A stretch of DNA of 64,000 nucleotides, taken from NCBI RefSeq assembly GCF_009914755.1, contig NC_060928.1; one strand, 5' to 3'. Below are positions 9,584 through 22,800 of the stretch, piece by piece. A model generated the notes under the pieces. That model made no database searches, was not told the origin of the DNA, and saw only the letters and a program-made list of their open reading frames with translations. The number at the start of each line of letters is the position of its first letter. The stretch's first letter is position 1. A program made the translations under genes and the position numbers. Origin of the DNA: the human T2T-CHM13v2.0 reference genome, Homo sapiens.

Positions 9584-12500
9584 CATTCTCAGAAACTTGT
9601 TTGTGATGTGTGTATTCAACTAACAGAGTTGAACTTTTGTTTTTACAGAGCCGTTTTAAAACACTCTTTTTGTGGAATCAGAAAGTGGATATTCGGATGG
9701 CTCTGAGGATTTCGTTGGAAGCGGGATTACATATAAAATCTAGAGAGAAGCATTCTCAGGAACTTCTTTGTGATGTTTGCATTGAAGTCACAGAATTGAA
9801 CATTCACTTTGATAGAGCAGGTTTGAAACACTCATTCTGTAGTATCTGGAAGTGGACATTTCAAGCGCTTTCAGGCCTATGGTGAGAAAGGAAATATCTT
9901 CGAATAAAAACTAGACAGAAGCATCCTCAGAAACTTATTTGTGATGTGTGTCCTCAACTAACAGAGTTGAAACTTTGTTTTGATACAGCATTTTGGAAAC
10001 ACTCTTTTTGTAGAATCTGCAGGTGGATATTTGGATAGCTTAGAGGGATTCGTTGGAAAGGGGATATCTTCATATAAAATCTAGACAGAAGCATTCTCAG
10101 AAACTTATTTGTGATGTGTGTCCTCAACTAACAGAGTTGAACCTTGGTTTTGATACAGCATTTTGGAAACACTCCTTTTGTAGAATCTGCAGGTGGATAT
10201 GTGGATAGCTCTGAAGATTTCGTTGGAAACGGGAATTTCTTCATATAAAATCAAACAGAAGCATTCTCAGAAACTTCTCAGTGATGTTTGCATTCAGCTC
10301 ATGGAGTTGAACACTTCCTTTCATAGAGCCGGTTTGAAACACTCTTTCTGCACTACCTGGAAGAGGACATTTCGAGCGCTTTGAGTCCTATGGTGAAAAA
10401 GGAAATATCTTCTCATAAAAACCAGAAAGAAGCATTCTCAGAAACTTCTTTGTGTTGTGTGTACTCATGTAACAGTGTTGAACCATCCTTTTGACAGAGC
10501 AGTTTTGAAACACTCTTTTTGTAGAATCTGCAAGTGGATATTTGGATAGCTTTGAGGATTTCGTTGGAAACGGGATGACATATAATATCTAGAGAGAAGC
10601 ATACTCAGGAACTTCTTTGTGATGTTTGCATTCAAGTCACAGAATTGAACATTCCCTTTCATAGAGCAGGTTTGAAACACTCTTTCTCTAGTATCTGGAA
10701 GTGGGCATTTCAAGCGCTTTCAGGCCTATGGAGAGAAAGGAAATACCTTCAAATAAAAACTAGACAGAAGCATTCTCAGAAACTTATTTGTGATGTGTGT
10801 CCTCAACTAACAGAGTTGAACCTTTGTTTTGATACAGCATTTTGGAAACACTCCTTTTGTAGAATCTGCAGGTGGATATTTGGATAACTTTGAAGATTTC
10901 GTTGGAAACCGGAATATCTTCATATAAAATCAAGACAGAAGCATTCTCGGAAACATCTCTGTGATGTTTGCATTCAACTCAGTAGAGTTGAACACTTCCT
11001 TTCATAGAGCCGGTTTGAAACGCTCTTTCTGCACTACCTGGAAGAGGACATTTCGAGCGCTTTGAGGCCTATGGTGAAAAAGGAAATATCTTCTCATAAA
11101 AACCAGAAAGAAGCATTCTCAGAAACTTCTTTGTGTTGTGTGTACTCAAGTAACAGTGTTGAACCTTCCTTTTGACACAGCAGTTTTGAAACACTCTTTT
11201 GGTAGAATCTGCAAGTGGATATTTGGATAGCTTTGAGGATTTCGTTGGAAACGGGTTATCTTCATATAAAATCCAGACAGGAGCATTCTCAGAAACTTCT
11301 TTGTGCTGCATGTCCTCAATTCACAGAGCTGAACCTTTGTTTGGATACAGCATTTTGGAAACATTCCTTTAGTAGAATCTGCAAGTTGATATTTAGATAG
11401 CTTTGAAGATTTCGTTGGAAACGGGAATATCTTCATAGAAAATCTAGACGGAAGCATTCTCAGAAACTGCTTTGTGATGTTTGCATTCAAGTCACAGAGT
11501 TGAATATTCCCTTTTATAGAGTAGGTTTGAAACACTCTTTCGGCACTACCTGGAAGTGGATATTTCGAGCTCTTTGAGGCCTATGGTTAAAAGGAAATAT
11601 CTTCCCATAAAAACTAGACAGAAGCCGTCTCAGAAACTTGTTTGTGATGTGTGTATTCAACTAACAGAGTTGAACATTTCTGTTACAGAGCAATTTTAAA
11701 ACACTCTTTTTGTGGAATCTGAAAGTGGATAATTGGATAGCTTTGTGGATTTCGTTGGAAACGGGATGACGTATAAAATCTAGAGAGAAGCATTCTCAGG
11801 AACTTCTTTGTGATGTTTGCATTCAAGTCACAGAATTGAACATTCCTTTTCATAGTGCAGGTTTGAAACACTCTTTCTGTAGTATCTGGAAGTGGACATT
11901 TCAAGCGCTTTCAGGCCTACGGGGAGAAAGGAAATATCTTCAAATAAAAACTAGACAGAAGGATTCTCAGAAACTTATTTGTGATGTGTGTCCTAAACGA
12001 ACACAGTTGAACCTTTGTTTAGATACAGCATTTTGGAAACACTCCTTTTGTAGGATCTGCAGGTGGATATTTGGATAGATTTTAAGATTTCGTTGGAAAC
12101 GGGAGTTTCTTCATAGAAACTCAAGACAGATGCATTCTCAGAAACATCTCTGTGATGTTTGCATTCCACTCATAGAGTTGAAAACTTCCTTTCATAGAGC
12201 AGGTTTGAAACACTCTTTTTGTAATATTTGGAAGTGGACATTTGCAGCGCTTTGAGGCCTATGGTGAAAAAGGAAATATCTTCTCATAAAAACCAGAAAC
12301 AAGCATTCTCAGAAACTTCTTTTTGATGTGTGTACTCAAGTAACAGAGTTGAACCTTCCTTTTGACACAGCAGTTTTGAAACAATCTTTTTGTAGAATCT
12401 GCAAGTGGATATTTGGATAGCTTTGAGGATTTCGTTGGAAACGGGATATCTTCATATAAAATCTAGACAGAAGCATTCTCAGAAACTTCTTGGTGCTGTA

Positions 12501-12815
12501 TGTCCTCAATTAACAGAGTTGAACCATTGCTTGGATACAGCATTTTGGAAACATTCCTTTAGTAGAATCTGCAAGTTGATATTGAGATAGATTTGAAGAT
12601 TTCGTTGGAAAAGGGAATATCTCCATATAAAATCTAGACGGAAGCATTCTCAGAAACTGCTTTGTGATGTTTCCATTCAAGTCACAGAGTTGAATATTCC
12701 CTTTTGTAGAGCACGTTTGAAACACTCTTTCTGCACTATCTGGAAGTGGACATTTCGAGCGCTTTGAGGCCTATGGTGAAAAAGGAAATATCTTCCCATA
12801 AAAATTAGACAGAAG
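9584..12815 (+). repeat. Canonical 19-mer HOR
   Basis: 3232-bp spacing 9610 to 12842. Confidence 0.92.
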
Positions 12816-13832
12816 CATTCTCAGAAACTTGTTTGTGATGTGTGTATTCAACTAACAGAGTTGAACTTTTGTTTTTACAGAGCCGTTTTAAAACACTCTT
12901 TTTGTGGAATCAGAAAGTGGATATTCGGATGGCTCTGAGGATTTCGTTGGAAGCGGGATTACATATAAAATCTAGAGAGAAGCATTCTCAGGAACTTCTT
13001 TGTGATGTTTGCATTGAAGTCACAGAATTGAACATTCACTTTGATAGAGCAGGTTTGAAACACTCATTCTGTAGTATCTGGAAGTGGACATTTCAAGCGC
13101 TTTCAGGCCTTTGGTGAAAAAGGAAATATCTTCGAATAAAAACTAGACAGAAGCATCCTCAGAAACTTATTTGTGATGTGTGTCCTCAACTAACAGAGTT
13201 GAAACTTTGTTTTGATACAGCATTTTGGAAACACTCCTTTTGTAGAATCTGCAGGTGGATATGTGGATAGCTCTGAAGATTTCGTTGGAAACGGGAATTT
13301 CTTCATATAAAATCAAACAGAAGCATTCTCAGAAACTTCTCAGTGATGTTTGCATTCAGCTCATGGAGTTGAACACTTCCTTTCATAGAGCCGGTTTGAA
13401 ACACTCTTTCTGCACTACCTGGAAGAGGCCATTTCGAGCGCTTTGAGTCCTATGGTGAAAAAGGAAATATCTTCTCATAAAAACCAGAAAGAAGCATTCT
13501 CAGAAACTTCTTTGTGTTGTGTGTACTCATGTAACAGTGTTGAACCATCCTTTTGACAGAGCAGTTTTGAAACACTCTTTTTGTAGAATCTGCAAGTGGA
13601 TATTTGGATAGCTTTGAGGATTTCGTTGGAAACGGGATGACATATAATATCTAGAGAGAAGCATTCTCAGGAACTTCTTTGTGCTGTTTGCATTCAAGTC
13701 ACAGAATTGAACATTCCCTTTCATAGAGCAGATTTGAAACACTCTTTCTCTAGTATCTGGAAGTGGGCATTTCAAGCGCTTTCAGGCCTATTGAGAGAAA
13801 GGAAATACCTTCAAATAAAAACTAGACAGAAG
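12816..13832 (+). repeat. 6-mer HOR variant (1017 bp)
   Basis: Spacing 12842 to 13859. Confidence 0.92.
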
Positions 13833-16800
13833 CATTCTCAGAAACTTGTTTGTGATGTGTGTATTCAACTAACAGAGTTGAACTTTTGTTTTTACAGAGC
13901 CGTTTTAAAACACTCTTTTTGTGGAATCAGAAAGTGGATATTCGGATGGCTCTGAGGATTTCGTTGGAAGCGGGATTACATATAAAATCTAGAGAGAAGC
14001 ATTCTCAGGAACTTCTTTGTGATGTTTGCATTGAAGTCACAGAATTGAACATTCACTTTGATAGAGCAGGTTTGAAACACTCATTCTGTAGTATCTGGAA
14101 GTGGACAATTCAAGCGCTTTCAGGCCTATGGTGAGAAAGGAAATATCTTCGAATAAAAACTAGACAGAAGCATCCTCAGAAACTTATTTGTGATGTGTGT
14201 CCTCAACTAACAGAGTTGAAACTTTGTTTTGATACAGCATTTTGGAAACACTCTTTTTGTAGAATCTGCAGGTGGATATTTGGATAGCTTAGAGGGATTC
14301 GTTGGAAAGGGGATATCTTCATATAAAATCTAGACAGAAGCATTCTCAGAAACTTATTTGTGATGTGTGTCCTCAACTAACAGAGTTGAACCTTGGTTTT
14401 GATACAGCATTTTGGAAACACTCCTTTTGTAGAATCTGCAGGTGGATATGTGGATAGCTCTGAAGATTTCGTTGGAAACGGGAATTTCTTCATATAAAAT
14501 CAAACAGAAGCATTCTCAGAAACTTCTCAGTGATGTTTGCATTCAGCTCATGGAGTTGAACACTTCCTTTCATAGAGCCGGTTTGAAACACTCTTTCTGC
14601 ACTACCTGGAAGAGGACATTTCGAGCGCTTTGAGTCCTATGGTGAAAAAGGAAATATCTTCTCATAAAAACCAGAAAGAAGCATTCTCAGAAACTTCTTT
14701 GTGTTGTGTGTACTCATGTAACAGTGTTGAACCATCCTTTTGACAGAGCAGTTTTGAAACACTCTTTTTGTAGAATCTGCAAGTGGATATTTGGATAGCT
14801 TTGAGGATTTCGTTGGAAACGGGATGACATATAATATCTAGAGAGAAGCATACTCAGGAACTTCTTTGTGATGTTTGCATTCAAGTCACAGAATTGAACA
14901 TTCCCTTTCATAGAGCAGGTTTGAAACACTCTTTCTCTAGTATCTGGAAGTGGGCATTTCAAGCGCTTTCAGGCCTATGGAGAGAAAGGAAATACCTTCA
15001 AATAAAAACTAGACAGAAGCATTCTCAGAAACTTATTTGTGATGTGTGTCCTCAACTAACAGAGTTGAACCTTTGTTTTGATACAGCATTTTGGAAACAC
15101 TCCTTTTGTAGAATCTGCAGGTGGATATTTGGATAACTTTGAAGATTTCGTTGGAAACCGGAATATCTTCATATAAAATCAAGACAGAAGCATTCTCGGA
15201 AACATCTCTGTGATGTTTGCATTCAACTCAGTAGAGTTGAACACTTCCTTTCATAGAGCAGGTTTGAAACACTCTTTCTGCACTACCTGGAAGCGGACAT
15301 TTCGAGCGCTTTGAGGCCTATGGTGAAAAAGGAAATATCTTCTCATAAAAACCAGAAAGAAGCATTCTCAGAAACTTCTTTGTGTTGTGTGTACTCAAGT
15401 AACAGTGTTGAACCTTCCTTTTGACACAGCAGTTTTGAAACACTCTTTTGGTAGAATCTGCAAGTGGATATTTGGATAGCTTTGAGGATTTCGTTGGAAA
15501 CGGGTTATCTTCATATAAAATCCAGACAGGAGCATTCTCAGAAACTTCTTTGTGCTGCATGTCCTCAATTCACAGAGCTGAACCTTTGTTTGGATACAGC
15601 ATTTTGGAAACATTCCTTTAGTAGAATCTGCAAGTTGATATTTAGATAGCTTTGAAGATTTCGTTGGAAACGGGAATATCTTCATAGAAAATCTAGACGG
15701 AAGCATTCTCAGAAACTGCTTTGTGATGTTTGCATTCAAGTCACAGAGTTGAATATTCCCTTTTATAGAGTAGGTTTGAAACACTCTTTCGGCACTACCT
15801 GGAAGTGGATATTTCGAGCTCTTTGAGGCCTATGGTTAAAAGGAAATATCTTCCCATAAAAACTAGACAGAAGCCGTCTCAGAAACTTGTTTGTGATGTG
15901 TGTATTCAACTACCAGAGTTGAACATTTCTGTTACAGAGCAATTTTAAAACACTCTTTTTGTGGAATCTGAAAGTGGATAATTGGATAGCTTTGTGGATT
16001 TCGTTGGAAACGGGATGACATATAAAATCTAGAGAGAAGCATTCTCAGGAACTTCTTTCTGATGTTTGCATTCAAGTCACAGAATTGAACATTCCTTTTC
16101 ATAGTGCAGGTTTGAAACACTCTTTCTGTAGTATCTGGAAGTGGACATTTCAAGCGCTTTCAGGCCTACGGGGAGAAAGGAAATATCTTCAAATAAAAAC
16201 TAGACAGAAGGATTCTCAGAAACTTATTTGTGATGTGTGTCCTAAACGAACACAGTTGAACCTTTGTTTAGATACAGCATTTTGGAAACACTCCTTTTGT
16301 AGGATCTGCAGGTGGATATTTGGATAGATTTTAAGATTTCGTTGGAAACGGGAGTTTCTTCATAGAAACTCAAGACAGATGCATTCTCAGAAACATCTCT
16401 GTGATGTTTGCATTCCACTCATAGAGTTGAAAACTTCCTTTCATAGAGCAGGTTTGAAACACTCTTTTTGTAATATTTGGAAGTGGACATTTGCAGCGCT
16501 TTGAGGCCTATGGTGAAAAAGGAAATATCTTCTCATAAAAACCAGAAACAAGCATTCTCAGAAACTTCTTTTTGATGTGTGTACTCAAGTAACAGAGTTG
16601 AACCTTCCTTTTGACACAGCAGTTTTGAAACAATCTTTTTGTAGAATCTGCAAGTGGATATTTGGATAGCTTTGAGGATTTCGTTGGAAACGGGATATCT
16701 TCATATAAAATCTAGACAGAAGCATTCTCAGAAACTTCTTTGTGCTGTATGTCCTCAATTAACAGAGTTGAACCATTGCTTGGATACAGCATTTTGGAAA

Positions 16801-19800
16801 CATTCCTTGAGTAGAATCTGCAAGTTGATATTTAGATAGATTTGAAGATTTCGTTGGAAAAGGGAATATCTCCATATAAAATCTAGAGGGAAGCATTCTC
16901 AGAAACTGCTTTGTGATGTTTCCATTCAAGTCACAGAGTTGAATATTCCCTTTTATAGAGCACGTTTGAAACACTCTTTCTGCACTATCTGGAAGTGGAC
17001 ATTTCGAGCGCTTTGAGGCCTATGGTGAAAAAGGAAATATCTTCCCATAAAAACTAGACAGAAGCATTCTCAGAAACTTGTTTGTGATGTGTGTATTCAA
17101 CTAACAGAGTTGAACTTTTGTTTTTACAGAGCCGTTTTAAAACACTCTTTTTGTGGAATCAGAAAGTGGATATTCGGATGGCTCTGAGGATTTCGTTGGA
17201 AGCGGGATTACATATAAAATCTAGAGAGAAGCATTCTCAGGAACTTCTTTGTGATGTTTGCATTGAAGTCACAGAATTGAACATTCACTTTGATAGAGCA
17301 GGTTTGAAACACTCATTCTGTAGTATCTGGAAGTGGACATTTCAAGCGCTTTCAGGCCTATGGTGAGAAAGGAAATATCTTCGAATAAAAACTAGACAGA
17401 AGCATCCTCAGAAACTTATTTGTGATGTGTGTCCTCAACTAACAGAGTTGAAACTTTGTTTTGATACAGCATTTTGGAAACACTCTTTTTGTAGAATCTG
17501 CAGGTGGATATTTGGATAGCTTAGAGGGATTCGTTGGAAAGGGGATATCTTCATATAAAATCTAGACAGAAGCATTCTCAGAAACTTATTTGTGATGTGT
17601 GTCCTCAACTAACAGAGTTGAACCTTGGTTTTGATACAGCATTTTGGAAACACTCCTTTTGTAGAATCTGCAGGTGGATATGTGGATAGCTCTGAAGATT
17701 TCGTTGGAAACGGGAATTTCTTCATATAAAATCAAACAGAAGCATTCTCAGAAACTTCTCAGTGATGTTTGCATTCAGCTCATGGAGTTGAACACTTCCT
17801 TTCATAGAGCCGGTTTGAAACACTCTTTCTGCACTACCTGGAAGAGGACATTTCGAGCGCTTTGAGTCCTATGGTGAAAAAGGAAATATCTTCTCATAAA
17901 AACCAGAAAGAAGCATTCTCAGAAACTTCTTTGTGTTGTGTGTACTCATGTAACAGTGTTGAACCATCCTTTTGACAGAGCAGTTTTGAAACACTCTTTT
18001 TGTAGAATCTGCAAGTGGATATTTGGATAGCTTTGAGGATTTCGTTGGAAACGGGATGACATATAATATCTAGAGAGAAGCATACTCAGGAACTTCTTTG
18101 TGATGTTTGCATTCAAGTCACAGAATTGAACATTCCCTTTCATAGAGCAGGTTTGAAACACTCTTTCTCTAGTATCTGGAAGTGGGCATTTCAAGCGCTT
18201 TCAGGCCTATGGAGAGAAAGGAAATACCTTCAAATAAAAACTAGACAGAAGCATTCTCAGAAACTTATTTGTGATGTGTGTCCTCAACTAACAGAGTTGA
18301 ACCTTTGTTTTGATACAGCATTTTGGAAACACTCCTTTTGTAGAATCTGCAGGTGGATATTTGGATAACTTTGAAGATTTCGTTGGAAACCGGAATATCT
18401 TCATATAAAATCAAGACAGAAGCATTCTCGGAAACATCTCTGTGATGTTTGCATTCAACTCAGTAGAGTTGAACACTTCCTTTCATAGAGCAGGTTTGAA
18501 ACACTCTTTCTGCACTACCTGGAAGCGGACATTTCGAGCGCTTTGAGGCCTATGGTGAAAAAGGAAATATCTTCTCATAAAAACCAGAAAGAAGCATTCT
18601 CAGAAACTTCTTTGTATTGTGTGTACTCAAGTAACAGTGTTGAACCTTCCTTTTGACACAGCAGTTTTGAAACACTCTTTTGGTAGAATCTGCAAGTGGA
18701 TATTTGGATAGCTTTGAGGATTTCGTTGGAAACGGGTTATCTTCATATAAAATCCAGACAGGAGCATTCTCAGAAACTTCTTTGTGCTGCATGTCCTCAA
18801 TTCACAGAGCTGAACCTTTGTTTGGATACAGCATTTTGGAAACATTCCTTTAGTAGAATCTGCAAGTTGATATTTAGATAGCTTTGAAGATTTCGTTGGT
18901 AACGGGAATATCTTCATAGAAAATCTAGACGGAAGCATTCTCAGAAACTGCTTTGTGATGTTTGCATTCAAGTCACAGAGTTGAATATTCCCTTTTATAG
19001 AGTAGGTTTGAAACACTCTTTCGGCACTACCTGGAAGTGGATATTTCGAGCTCTTTGAGGCCTATGGTTAAAAGGAAATATCTTCCCATAAAAACTAGAC
19101 AGAAGCCGTCTCAGAAACTTGTTTGTGATGTGTGTATTCAACTAACAGAGTTGAACATTTCTGTTACAGAGCAATTTTAAAACACTCTTTTTGTGGAATC
19201 TGAAAGTGGATAATTGGATAGCTTTGTGGATTTCGTTGGAAACGGGATGACGTATAAAATCTAGAGAGAAGCATTCTCAGGAACTTCTTTCTGATGTTTG
19301 CATTCAAGTCACAGAATTGAACATTCCTTTTCATAGTGCAGGTTTGAAACACTCTTTCTGTAGTATCTGGAAGTGGACATTTCAAGCGCTTTCAGGCCTA
19401 CGGGGAGAAAGGAAATATCTTCAAATAAAAACTAGACAGAAGGATTCTCAGAAACTTATTTGTGATGTGTGTCCTAAACGAACACAGTTGAACCTTTGTT
19501 TAGATACAGCATTTTGGAAACACTCCTTTTGTAGGATCTGCAGGTGGATATTTGGATAGATTTTAAGATTTCGTTGGAAACGGGAGTTTCTTCATAGAAA
19601 CTCAAGACAGATGCATTCTCAGAAACATCTCTGTGATGTTTGCATTCCACTCATAGAGTTGAAAACTTCCTTTCATAGAGCAGGTTTGAAACACTCTTTT
19701 TGTAATATTTGGAAGTGGACATTTGCAGCGCTTTGAGGCCTATGGTGAAAAAGGAAATATCTTCTCATAAAAACCAGAAACAAGCATTCTCAGAAACTTC

Positions 19801-22800
19801 TTTTTGATGTGTGTACTCAAGTGACAGAGTTGAACCTTCCTTTTGACACAGCAGTTTTTAAACAATCTTTTTGTAGAATCTGCAAGTGGATATTTGGATA
19901 GCTTTGAGGATTTCGTTGGAAACGGGATATCTTCATATAAAATCTAGACAGAAGCATTCTCAGAAACTTCTTTGTGCTGTATGTCCTCAATTAACAGAGT
20001 TGAACCATTGCTTGGATACAGCATTTTGGAAACATTCCTTGAGTAGAATCTGCAAGTTGATATTTAGATAGATTTGAAGATTTCGTTGGAAAAGGGAATA
20101 TCTCCATATAAAATCTAGAGGGAAGCATTCTCAGAAACTGCTTTGTGATGTTTCCATTCAAGTCACAGAGTTGAATATTCCCTTTTATAGAGCACGTTTG
20201 AAACACTCTTTCTGCACTATCTGGAAGTGGACATTTCGAGCGCTTTGAGGCCTATGGTGAAAAAGGAAATATCTTCCCATAAAAACTAGACAGAAGCATT
20301 CTCAGAAACTTGTTTGTGATGTGTGTATTCAACTAACAGAGTTGAACTTTTGTTTTTACAGAGCCGTTTTAAAACACTCTTTTTGTGGAATCAGAAAGTG
20401 GATATTTGGATGGCTCTGAGGATTTCGTTGGAAGCGGGATTACATATAAAATCTAGAGAGAAGCATTCTCAGGAACTTCTTTGTGATGTTTGCATTGAAG
20501 TCACAGAATTGAACATTCACTTTGATAGAGCAGGTTTGAAACACTCATTCTGTAGTATCTGGAAGTGGACATTTCAAGCGCTTTCAGGCCTATGGTGAGA
20601 AAGGAAATATCTTCGAATAAAAACTAGACAGAAGCATCCTCAGAAACTTATTTGTGATGTGTGTCCTCAACTAACAGAGTTGAAACTTTGTTTTGATACA
20701 GCATTTTGGAAACACTCTTTTTGTAGAATCTGCAGGTGGATATTTGGATAGCTTAGAGGGATTCGTTGGAAAGGGGATATCTTCATATAAAATCTAGACA
20801 GAAGCATTCTCAGAAACTTATTTGTGATGTGTGTCCTCAACTAACAGAGTTGAACCTTGGTTTTGATACAGCATTTTGGAAACACTCCTTTTGTAGAATC
20901 TGCAGGTGGATATGTGGATAGCTCTGAAGATTTCGTTGGAAACGGGAATTTCTTCATATAAAATCAAACAGAAGCATTCTCAGAAACTTCTCAGTGATGT
21001 TTGCATTCAGCTCATGGAGTTGAACACTTCCTTTCATAGAGCCGGTTTGAAACACTCTTTCTGCACTACCTGGAAGAGGACATTTCGAGCGCTTTGAGTC
21101 CTATGGTGAAAAAGGAAATATCTTCTCATAAAAACCAGAAAGAAGCATTCTCAGAAACTTCTTTGTGTTGTGTGTACTCATGTAACAGTGTTGAACCATC
21201 CTTTTGACAGAGCAGTTTTGAAACACTCTTTTTGTAGAATCTGCAAGTGGATATTTGGATAGCTTTGAGGATTTCGTTGGAAACGGGATGACATATAATA
21301 TCTAGAGAGAAGCATTCTCAGGAACTTCTTTGTGATGTTTGCATTCAAGTCACAGAATTGAACATTCCCTTTCATAGAGCAGGTTTGAAACACTCTTTCT
21401 CTAGTATCTGGAAGTGGGCATTTCAAGCGCTTTCAGGCCTATGGAGAGAAAGGAAATACCTTCAAATAAAAACTAGACAGAAGCATTCTCAGAAACTTAT
21501 TTGTGATGTGTGTCCTCAACTAACAGAGTTGAACCTTTGTTTTGATACAGCATTTTGGAAACACTCCTTTTGTAGAATCTGCAGGTGGATATTTGGATAA
21601 CTTTGAAGATTTCGTTGGAAACCGGAATATCTTCATATAAAATCAAGACAGAAGCATTCTCGGAAACATCTCTGTGATGTTTGCATTCAACTCAGTAGAG
21701 TTGAACACTTCCTTTCATAGAGCCGGTTTGAAACACTCTTTCTGCACTACCTGGAAGAGGACATTTCGAGCGCTTTGAGGCCTATGGTGAAAAAGGAAAT
21801 ATCTTCTCATAAAAACCAGAAAGAAGCATTCTCAGAAACTTCTTTGTGTTGTGTGTACTCAAGTAACAGTGTTGAACCTTCCTTTTGACACAGCAGTTTT
21901 GAAACACTCTTTTGGTAGAATCTGCAAGTGGATATTTGGATAGCTTTGAGGATTTCGTTGGAAACGGGTTATCTTCATATAAAATCCAGACAGGAGCATT
22001 CTCAGAAACTTCTTTGTGCTGCATGTCCTCAATTCACAGAGCTGAACCTTTGTTTGGATACAGCATTTTGGAAACATTCCTTTAGTAGAATCTGCAAGTT
22101 GATATTTAGATAGCTTTGAAGATTTCGTTGGTAACGGGAATATCTTCATAGAAAATCTAGACGGAAGCATTCTCAGAAACTGCTTTGTGATGTTTGCATT
22201 CAAGTCACAGAGTTGAATATTCCCTTTTATAGAGTAGGTTTGAAACACTCTTTCGGCACTACCTGGAAGTGGATATTTCGAGCTCTTTGAGGCCTATGGT
22301 TAAAAGGAAATATCTTCCCATAAAAACTAGACAGAAGCCGTCTCAGAAACTTGTTTGTGATGTGTGTATTCAACTAACAGAGTTGAACATTTCTGTTACA
22401 GAGCAATTTTAAAACACTCTTTTTGTGGAATCTGAAAGTGGATAATTGGATAGCTTTGTGGATTTCGTTGGAAACGGGATGACATATAAAATCTAGAGAG
22501 AAGCATTCTCAGGAACTTCTTTCTGATGTTTGCATTCAAGTCACAGAATTGAACATTCCTTTTCATAGTGCAGGTTTGAAACACTCTTTCTGTAGTATCT
22601 GGAAGTGGACATTTCAAGCGCTTTCAGGCCTACGGGGAGAAAGGAAATATCTTCAAATAAAAACTAGACAGAAGGATTCTCAGAAACTTATTTGTGATGT
22701 GTGTCCTAAACGAACACAGTTGAACCTTTGTTTAGATACAGCATTTTGGAAACACTCCTTTTGTAGGATCTGCAGGTGGATATTTGGATAGATTTTAAGA

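Noticed and set aside
16020-22484. m13 GATGACATAT allele (16020, 22484) resembling m6
   Set aside because: It is a single CpG to CpA change, so deamination explains it as well as conversion does; not informative.
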